IMG/VR virus record: IMGVR_UViG_3300032314_000513 | Span: 20,380 to 84,379 of that record | Source of the DNA: a virus | Lineage: Duplodnaviria > Caudoviricetes | Length of the DNA: 64,000 nt | Reading direction: 5' to 3' (one strand) | Position numbers and translations under genes: made by a program | In this document: positions 57,917-64,000 of the stretch, in pieces | Position numbering within the stretch: position 1 is the stretch's first letter | How the letters are laid out: each line of letters starts with the position of its first letter | The notes under the pieces: generated by a model | What the model was told of the DNA's origin: nothing | The model's database searches: none | What the model saw: the letters and a program-made list of their open reading frames with translations, nothing else

Positions 57917-58156
57917 TTAAACATAAGAATCTGCAATAAGTTTTAATTCTTTTTTATTTAGCTTATGAGTTATATCTATTTTTTCTCCATTATCTAAAAA
58001 AATAACTACACTTGTAACTACTCTTTTTATTTCTTCAGCATCGTAAAAAGTATGTATTCCATGACCTTCTTCGTAGTTATTTTCTTCTTCGTAAGTTACA
58101 TTAAACTCAATACAAAGTTCTCCGTACTGTGTTTCATTTTTATTAATCCTTTTCAT
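57917..58156 (-). CDS. Hypothetical acidic protein
   Basis: In-operon ORF. Confidence 0.6.
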   Translation of the reverse strand: MKRINKNETQYGELCIEFNVTYEEENNYEEGHGIHTFYDAEEIKRVVTSVVIFLDNGEKIDITHKLNKKELKLIADSYV

Positions 58157-58247
58157 TTTTTTCTTCTGATTTAACTAAAGTTAATATAATAAGAAAAGCC
58201 AAAAAAAAGCAAAATAAAGCTCCCATAGTTTCAATTAAATTATACAT
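58143..58247 (-). CDS. 34-aa membrane peptide (not in ORF track)
   Basis: MYNLIETMGALFCFFLAFLIILTLVK...; fills the gap. Confidence 0.5.
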   Translation of the reverse strand: MYNLIETMGALFCFFLAFLIILTLVKSEEKNEKD

Positions 58248-58248
58248 T

Positions 58249-59049
58249 TTAATAATGGATTTCTTCTATCAAAGGTACATCAGTTTTTTTATTACAGTTA
58301 TCAAAAAATGGACATTCTAAGCACCTTATATAATTAGGTCTAGCCTCAAGCTTTTCAGGATTGTTATAGTGAAAATCTATATAATTTTTCATTTTAGGAA
58401 CAAAAATGTCCTCATGTAATTGTAAATGCTCAGGCTGAATATTAGTTTTAATAATTTTTGCTTTTTTAGGGTCTTTTGAAGAAAAAATAAAATAATAAAA
58501 AGGTATATCTTCAATTCCTAATGTTTTGCTAATCAAGTATTTATAATGTATAGGCTGTAATAACTGCTTTGATTTATAAATTAAACTTTCTGTATGCCAT
58601 CCATATTCATTCCATTTATCGTCTATTAATGCACTATACTTCAAATCAATGATACATTCTTCTCCTTTCCATTTTGCTCTAATATCAGATATGCCACTAC
58701 TTCCTTCAAAAGACATATACTCACCAATCTTTAAAATCTCAATATCGTGTTTTTTGACTATTTCTTTAAATAAATCTGCTGACTCTGCCGCCCTCTCGTA
58801 ATCTACAGCATACTTCTCTTTTGATGTACCTGCATATACCATTTTAGGCTGAGGTATTGGGTCACCCTCTCTAACATAGTCAGTAGCTTTATACTCAAAA
58901 TAAATTCCGAGTTTAGCAGCTTCACTAGAAGGAGTAGGTAGTTTTTCAAAGTACTGCTTACGGATTTTTAATCCACAGCCTCTTACATTTTCATCGTAGT
59001 AATCCACATAAGCTTTTAATAAGCTTTGGGAAAGATTTGGTTTTTGCAT
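58249..59049 (-). CDS. PD-(D/E)XK exonuclease (RecE/Cas4-like), probable RecT partner
   Basis: LSQS, GISD, IDLK, Q..HY, CLECPF. Confidence 0.8.
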   Translation of the reverse strand: MQKPNLSQSLLKAYVDYYDENVRGCGLKIRKQYFEKLPTPSSEAAKLGIYFEYKATDYVREGDPIPQPKMVYAGTSKEKYAVDYERAAESADLFKEIVKKHDIEILKIGEYMSFEGSSGISDIRAKWKGEECIIDLKYSALIDDKWNEYGWHTESLIYKSKQLLQPIHYKYLISKTLGIEDIPFYYFIFSSKDPKKAKIIKTNIQPEHLQLHEDIFVPKMKNYIDFHYNNPEKLEARPNYIRCLECPFFDNCNKKTDVPLIEEIHY

Positions 59050-59192
59050 TTTTTTATGGTTTTTTTGATTGTTCTAATAATACTAAAGTATATAACACAT
59101 ATACCTCCCATTAAGTATACTGATATTACTAATAGAGGTATAATTACTAATGATAAAACAAATATTAATGTTGCAATAATTGGGTTAGCCAT
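59016..59192 (-). CDS. 58-aa membrane protein (not in ORF track)
   Basis: MANPIIATLIFVLSLVII... Confidence 0.5.
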   Translation of the reverse strand: MANPIIATLIFVLSLVIIPLLVISVYLMGGICVIYFSIIRTIKKTIKKCKNQIFPKAY

Positions 59193-59193
59193 A

Positions 59194-59499
59194 TTAATCG
59201 TTTATAAAATAATCTCTTTTATGTTCTTTTAAATTTTTTGCTTGGTCAATTACTCTCATAGCATCTTCAATCGTTTCATATTCTACTACTATAGCTTCAT
59301 CTTTTAATATCTCTTCATTTTTGAATTTATGCCTATCGCAGTATAAATTATCCCCTGTAGTTAAGTAAATATTTTTTTTATAATCAAAAGCGTTGGTCAC
59401 CCTCATTAATGAACAGCTTTTAAATTCTGTATGATAAAACCTACAGCTAGAACACTTTCTTATCATTGGTAGGCTTTTTTGGTTTAAATAAAATTCCAT
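59194..59499 (-). CDS. Small Cys-containing protein
   Basis: CSSC...C...C; real start may be Met12. Confidence 0.6.
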   Translation of the reverse strand: MEFYLNQKSLPMIRKCSSCRFYHTEFKSCSLMRVTNAFDYKKNIYLTTGDNLYCDRHKFKNEEILKDEAIVVEYETIEDAMRVIDQAKNLKEHKRDYFIND

Positions 59500-59508
59500 G
59501 TTTTTGTT

Positions 59509-59961
59509 TTAAAATAAGGTTATTTGTTGATTTTCAACTGAAGTTTCTTCTATTTTATAAACTTCTTTATAGAATGAAATTACGGAATCATTTACAATAT
59601 TCAAAAATTCAACCATGTCATCAACCATGGTCGTTTTACCTTTAAGAACAGTCATTTTTCTATATTCATCGTATTTTTTAGTTACAAAGCCATTTCCTTT
59701 AAAATTAGTTAATACTCTGTTAGTTTCCTTCTGTAACATATCTATATGCTTCTTAAACTGCCCTCTGTGAGATTCGTGGGCTTTAATCATATCTGTAAGC
59801 TGCCCTGAAAGGCCTTTTGAGTTTTCAGTATAAATGATATATGCCTTATCCCCTAGTTTTTCAGCTAATCTTCTCCTTTGAGCCTCAGTCAGCTCAGGAA
59901 AATCTTTCTCAAATACCTCTAAAAAAGATTGGAAAATATTGTCTTTTAAATGATTTTTCAT
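59509..59961 (-). CDS. Hypothetical helical protein
   Basis: In-operon ORF. Confidence 0.65.
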   Translation of the reverse strand: MKNHLKDNIFQSFLEVFEKDFPELTEAQRRRLAEKLGDKAYIIYTENSKGLSGQLTDMIKAHESHRGQFKKHIDMLQKETNRVLTNFKGNGFVTKKYDEYRKMTVLKGKTTMVDDMVEFLNIVNDSVISFYKEVYKIEETSVENQQITLF

Positions 59962-60019
59962 ATTATCTTTGTTTTACGATTCACTTACTTCTAGTCCAAA
60001 TTCGTGAAACTTCGTTACT

Positions 60020-60056
60020 AAGAGCAGTCTAGGTTTGAGCCATTCTGCTCTTTTTT
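60020..60056. terminator. Hairpin between early genes
   Basis: AAGAGCAG/CTGCTCTT stem with 17-nt loop; the T run is on the plus strand, opposite to local gene direction. Confidence 0.35.
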
Positions 60057-60798
60057 AGTTTATTTCCTTCTCCTCTTCGTTTAAAATTGGTTTCTCAGGT
60101 TCTATAAGTTGTTTCCATTCTAAGCTCACACTATCTAAATAAGTCTGTATCATATCTCTATTTGCAGGGGTATCTCGATAATAGATGCAATCGGTTTTGT
60201 AACAAATGAAATCCTCACCAAGCATTTTAGCCATTATCATCATGTGCTCATAACAGATATAACGAATGTTATTGTAAACTTTTTGCAGAATAGGGTCAAA
60301 TTTGAGCTCAATTGTTTTATTGGTCATTTCCCCATCCTTTATGATAATATACTCTTTATGGGATGCTAAATTGGCAAGAGAGGCCAATCTGAGAGCTTTA
60401 TCCTTTAGCAAAAGTCCTTTTTGATATGTTTTAGGCTTTATAATTTCCTCTAAGTAGGCAATACGCCAATAAGCATGGTCTACATCAGTAGCCGTTATTT
60501 TGCCTCTAAAACTACGGTTTTTGGCGTTCCAATAATTTACAGGTAGTTTTTCCTTTTCTCTGATTCTACGATTTTCTAAATAGTCCTTTACATCGTTTTG
60601 GACACTCCTAAATATCCAAACACCTGTTGTAACCTTCTTTTTTGGGGAAGGGAACAGAAATTTTCTATTTTGCCAAATTAATTCATCGGAGAATGACCCT
60701 TTTCGATAATAAGCTATTCCTTTCTTACCTTTTAACTTATCTAGTATAATCTTTTGTTGGTCGTGTCTCAGGATGGTAAATCCATTTTGTAAAGACAT
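60055..60798 (-). CDS. Minimal family-B DNA polymerase-like palm protein
   Basis: Motif A TDVDHAYW and motif C YKTDCIY; no exonuclease domain. Confidence 0.65.
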   Translation of the reverse strand: MSLQNGFTILRHDQQKIILDKLKGKKGIAYYRKGSFSDELIWQNRKFLFPSPKKKVTTGVWIFRSVQNDVKDYLENRRIREKEKLPVNYWNAKNRSFRGKITATDVDHAYWRIAYLEEIIKPKTYQKGLLLKDKALRLASLANLASHKEYIIIKDGEMTNKTIELKFDPILQKVYNNIRYICYEHMMIMAKMLGEDFICYKTDCIYYRDTPANRDMIQTYLDSVSLEWKQLIEPEKPILNEEEKEIN

Positions 60799-60816
60799 TT
60801 TATGGTTTTTTTATGG

Positions 60817-61695
60817 TTATTTTTTATTCTTAAATGCTAAAATACTCTTTTTTTGTTTTTCAAACTGAGCTTTTGTTATTACTTTTTTCTTAACTAATTG
60901 CTGTAGAGATTTTAGTGCATTTCTCACAGCCGCATTAAGTTCTTTCTTTTCCTCTGCAGGTTTTTTAGGTGCAGTTTTTTTCGCTATTCTCTTTCTCTTT
61001 CTTTTCTCTTTCTGTAACTCTTTAAACTTACCTGCTAAATAGTCATTAATTTGGTCAACCTTCTTTTGTTCTGTTGCAGGTAAATCAAAGCTAACAGACT
61101 CATCATTAGCTTCAGGTTTATCATTAATATAAAGAATATATTCAACAAAATAATTGTCAGGATTACCATTATTCTTTTTGCCATACTTCAATTTCACAAC
61201 ACCACTAAAATAAGCCATTCCTGATTGGTTTTTAGCCAAGTCTTCTCTAATGTTCTCAGTTATCTTTCTTACTCCATCTCCGTAGTAGCTATAGTTTCTA
61301 GTATTAAATACTCTTGTCTTACCTAAACTTCCTGCATTTACTCTTACATCTAGGCAGTCAGGTAATACAGTTCTGATGTGATTATCTATCTCGTAATATT
61401 CGACAAAAGCTAAATAAGCTTCAGAAAGATATAAAGGATTACAAATCTCTTTAGGCGGAAGTGTTTTGACTACTCTTCTGATGTCGGTCCTTATCTCTCT
61501 TAATGATAGCTTTTCTTTTGCTTTAAACTTTGGATATATTAAATCACTTACAATTTTTCTTCTTTTGGTAGCACCTATTTTCTGCTGATTAGGTAACTTA
61601 TTGTTTGCCTCACCTAACTCTTTTACGAGAAAATTATATAACTTAATACCCTTTAATTGAGATACATTAACTATCTTTTTTTTGTTAGAGGCCAT
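60817..61695 (-). CDS. Lys-rich 292-aa protein
   Basis: Basic termini, aromatic core. Confidence 0.7.
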   Translation of the reverse strand: MASNKKKIVNVSQLKGIKLYNFLVKELGEANNKLPNQQKIGATKRRKIVSDLIYPKFKAKEKLSLREIRTDIRRVVKTLPPKEICNPLYLSEAYLAFVEYYEIDNHIRTVLPDCLDVRVNAGSLGKTRVFNTRNYSYYGDGVRKITENIREDLAKNQSGMAYFSGVVKLKYGKKNNGNPDNYFVEYILYINDKPEANDESVSFDLPATEQKKVDQINDYLAGKFKELQKEKRKRKRIAKKTAPKKPAEEKKELNAAVRNALKSLQQLVKKKVITKAQFEKQKKSILAFKNKK

Positions 61696-61731
61696 GATTC
61701 TTTAAAATTTAGAGACAGGAGAACGAAAATA

Positions 61732-62061
61732 CTAAATAAATTTATAATAGTCTCTAACAATTTCATTAAGCCTAACTCCTAACAATAATTCCCTACTTGT
61801 TACAGTTAAATGGAACTCAGTTCTTAAAAATTTATCTATCAAAATGCTTGATACACAGAGTAATGTGTATTTTTCAATACTTCTATGTGTAGCTAAGTAT
61901 ATATCTTTCCATTTTAAATTATTTTCATCAGCAATAGTTTTAAATACTTTCTCAAATATTTCATATTGATATTTACATTTATCTATGTTCAAACTATATA
62001 TAAATTCATTTTCTAGGTATTTATGCTTTCGTAACTTCAGCATAACGGAACTTGGTATCAT
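61732..62061 (-). CDS. Hypothetical protein
   Basis: In-operon ORF. Confidence 0.6.
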   Translation of the reverse strand: MIPSSVMLKLRKHKYLENEFIYSLNIDKCKYQYEIFEKVFKTIADENNLKWKDIYLATHRSIEKYTLLCVSSILIDKFLRTEFHLTVTSRELLLGVRLNEIVRDYYKFI

Positions 62062-62491
62062 TTTCTTTTAAAGGTTTTTCGTATGGTCTAATAAGATTAA
62101 AGTCTAAAAACTTCTGTAGTTCAAATCCCTGTTGCTTAAAGTTCAAAAAAATTCCCCTTTCTTCAATAAGCTTCTTTGGGAACACATAAAGCTTGTCATC
62201 ATCTACTCTGAGAGCTATGGTTTTAATATGGATTAGGTTACTGCTCAGGATTTCCCAATTAAATCCAAATCCTCCTGCTTTTCTATGGTAATGTTTAGCA
62301 CAATCTCTAACGCAGTTAAATGTGGCTGTTTGCACATCTACATAACCTAATAAACGAGGCTTATTAAGGTTAGCTAGTTTAAGATGGATGGTAGCCCAAG
62401 TCCAATCTTTGTTTTCATCGTAGAATCCTCTAACGATTAGTGCATTACCTTGTTTGTCTTCTTTCCCAAATACTTTACTTCCAATGTCCAT
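62021..62491 (-). CDS. Hypothetical phage protein
   Basis: In-operon ORF. Confidence 0.65.
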   Translation of the reverse strand: MDIGSKVFGKEDKQGNALIVRGFYDENKDWTWATIHLKLANLNKPRLLGYVDVQTATFNCVRDCAKHYHRKAGGFGFNWEILSSNLIHIKTIALRVDDDKLYVFPKKLIEERGIFLNFKQQGFELQKFLDFNLIRPYEKPLKENDTKFRYAEVTKA

Positions 62492-62618
62492 GGTTTAAGT
62501 TTTTTATGGTTTTATAAATTGAAACTAAGCCCTGCATAGTGATAGCAAAAACATAAACTAAAATTCCTAATGGAAGTGAAAACAATATGAATTTTAATAT
62601 CTCTAAAATTGGCTTCAT
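62475..62618 (-). CDS. 47-aa membrane protein (not in ORF track)
   Basis: MKPILEILKFILFSLPLGILVYVF... Confidence 0.5.
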   Translation of the reverse strand: MKPILEILKFILFSLPLGILVYVFAITMQGLVSIYKTIKNLNHGHWK

Positions 62619-62626
62619 ACCTAAAG

Positions 62627-62827
62627 TTAATTTGTAAATCTATAATGTGAACTTGGTTTTCGGTAATGTTTATAACTTCTTAAATTTTGTGAATATCGTG
62701 GAGGGGAGTAAAATACAGGTCTGTAATATGGTCTGTTGTATATAGCATTGTAAGTTAACAACTCATTAACAACACCACAACTTGATAGTGTTAAAATTAC
62801 TATTAGAGATAAAATAATTTTTTTCAT
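62627..62827 (-). CDS. Small lipoprotein
   Basis: MKKIILSLIVILTLSSC lipobox. Confidence 0.7.
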   Translation of the reverse strand: MKKIILSLIVILTLSSCGVVNELLTYNAIYNRPYYRPVFYSPPRYSQNLRSYKHYRKPSSHYRFTN

Positions 62828-62831
62828 AAAT

Positions 62832-63101
62832 TTAATTTACATGGTTATAAATACCTGCATTTCCTTCTTCAAGTATTTGTGGGTCTTGTTGATTAATATA
62901 CATAACCCATCCTTTAAACTTGCTTCTCATTAAAGTTCTATAACTAGCTTGGTCCTCTCTAGCAGCTTGTTCCATAAAAGCCTTTTCAAGCTCTTCTATT
63001 TCATGAGCTAACTTCAATCTAGCTATGATTATGTTATCTGCTGAGACAACGAAGAAATCTTGTGATACATAAGCTGTGTCAGCCCAAATGTATGTTTTCA
63101 T
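62832..63101 (-). CDS. Hypothetical protein
   Basis: In-operon ORF. Confidence 0.6.
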   Translation of the reverse strand: MKTYIWADTAYVSQDFFVVSADNIIIARLKLAHEIEELEKAFMEQAAREDQASYRTLMRSKFKGWVMYINQQDPQILEEGNAGIYNHVN

Positions 63102-63104
63102 AGG

Positions 63105-63332
63105 TTATTTGTTTTGGTTATAGGTTTGGTTATAGTATTGTGTCCAATGTCCACCACCTAACATTGATGATGTGCTACCATTTCTAAAGGCATCTGCTAT
63201 CTGCTCTTTTTCTTTTTCAAGGTATAAATTATCTATATAGTTAAGTATTCTATTACAAGAATTTTCAGTAATAAAACCAAGGTTTTTTTCAATTATAATA
63301 TCATTCTTCAATAAATGTATTGCTGTTTTCAT
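63105..63332 (-). CDS. Hypothetical phage protein
   Basis: LEKEKEQIADAF...YYNQTY pattern. Confidence 0.65.
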   Translation of the reverse strand: MKTAIHLLKNDIIIEKNLGFITENSCNRILNYIDNLYLEKEKEQIADAFRNGSTSSMLGGGHWTQYYNQTYNQNK

Positions 63333-63336
63333 AGGT

Positions 63337-63702
63337 TTATTTATCTTTTAAAATATTAGGTTCATTAGTGGTGTCAATTATATCTATTAAAGCCTTTTGT
63401 CTAGGATGTTCATAAATTGTGAATTGGTCAAACTCCCCTTCTTCATAAGAATATTTGAAATCAATACAATACAAAGTATCCTTATACTGATTAATGATAA
63501 TTGATATAGCTTTATCTAGTTCTCTTATTCCTTTAAATCCATAAAACTCATCAAAATCATATTTACCCTCTTCATAGGTAGTATATATCATTAATTCGTA
63601 TGTAGGGAAGTATTCATCATCATCCCATGCTTTCTGTTTAGGTAACCCCTTAATTATGGATTTAACCTGTTGCTTTAAATCATCCGTCATGTAATTACTC
63701 AT
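63337..63702 (-). CDS. Hypothetical acidic protein
   Basis: In-operon ORF. Confidence 0.6.
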   Translation of the reverse strand: MSNYMTDDLKQQVKSIIKGLPKQKAWDDDEYFPTYELMIYTTYEEGKYDFDEFYGFKGIRELDKAISIIINQYKDTLYCIDFKYSYEEGEFDQFTIYEHPRQKALIDIIDTTNEPNILKDK

Positions 63703-63904
63703 TTGAATTATTTTTTAAAAATTTATAAATAGTTGTTAGGATTGCTCCACCCATAAACCCATTACCTAAAGATGTATTAATAGGATATAATAAATAAACG
63801 CTAATTAAAGTACAAATTATTATAAATAATAGAGCAGAAGCCCACTTATTATTAAAAATAAAGTCTAATATATCATAAACGAAATCCTTTATTTTCTGTT
63901 TCAT
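63695..63904 (-). CDS. Two-TM small membrane protein
   Basis: Two hydrophobic segments. Confidence 0.6.
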   Translation of the reverse strand: MKQKIKDFVYDILDFIFNNKWASALLFIIICTLISVYLLYPINTSLGNGFMGGAILTTIYKFLKNNSNE

Positions 63905-64000
63905 AGTTAAGCTAATTGTTTTTGTGGAGCTAATTTAAGATACTTGTTGAATAATGCTCTAGCATGTTTCCAATCTTTAGGGGTAATGTTAAGAACCCAA

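Larger units (their letters stand above)
1..64000. mobile_element. Fragment of a large dsDNA bacterial virus, probably tailless and membrane-containing
   Basis: Dense operons with TAATG/ATGA overlaps; endolysin, RecT, S74 fibres and packaging ATPase; no housekeeping genes. Confidence 0.9.

Noticed and set aside
58249-59049. Cas4 of a CRISPR adaptation module
   Set aside because: No array or other cas genes; proximity to RecT favours a recombination exonuclease.
57291-60032. Plus-strand ORFs 57291, 59026 and 59841, and similar short antisense ORFs elsewhere (1256, 1597, 11941, 41567, 55788)
   Set aside because: They overlap well-supported genes on the opposite strand and have no motifs.
60020-60056. 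Hairpin with GGCTCAAACC loop as a tRNA arm or riboswitch
   Set aside because: It is a single stem with no cloverleaf and no recognisable aptamer; kept only as a low-confidence hairpin.
1-64000. Eukaryotic giant virus (NCLDV) identity, suggested by the A32-like ATPase, DUF5754 and collagen/GT content
   Set aside because: Peptidoglycan hydrolases, holin-like genes, a lipoprotein, RecT, coupled operons and intrinsic terminators indicate a bacterial host.
1-64000. Tailed-phage morphogenesis genes, tRNAs, integrase, stop-codon recoding
   Set aside because: None were recognised by eye. ORFs tile tightly under code 11, with TAG and TGA used as true stops. Absence outside the window cannot be judged.

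Overview
The window is 64 kb of an AT-rich, gene-dense bacterial virus genome with no host genes. The host is probably Bacteroidota, judged from TAnnTTT[G/A] promoter boxes, A-rich start contexts without Shine-Dalgarno sites, a GH19 endolysin and an LSSC lipoprotein. No terminase, portal, HK97 capsid, tail tube, sheath or tape-measure gene is recognisable. Instead there is an FtsK/HerA-superfamily (P9/A32-type) packaging ATPase (12940-13761), followed by a beta-rich 232-aa probable major capsid protein (14166-14864) with a clear paralogue 35 kb away (49163-49834), and more than 30 small single-pass membrane proteins. This points to an unusually large tailless, lipid-containing virus with single-jelly-roll-sized capsid proteins (inference; the fold needs structure prediction). 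Layout: 1-5.6 kb, GG-punctuated polyprotein, muramidases and lysis genes; 5.7-13.8 kb, enzymes, a Cys-rich anchored protein and packaging; 14-23 kb, capsid and membrane module with a repeated NFTG motif and an HEXXH peptidase; 23-35 kb, Gly-Ser/Thr fibres, LamG proteins and three S74-chaperone tips, whose shared beta-domain is split across gene boundaries; 35-46.8 kb and 52.6-56.5 kb, a surface-modification toolkit (glycosyltransferases including TibC/Aah-like and plant GT95/GT96-like enzymes, seven 2OG-Fe(II) oxygenase-fold proteins, a sulfotransferase with APS kinase, and methyltransferases); 46.9-52.5 kb, a second structural block; 56.5-64 kb on the minus strand, early genes (RecT, an exonuclease and a 247-aa palm-only PolB-like protein). 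All family calls come from motif recognition by eye; no searches were run.
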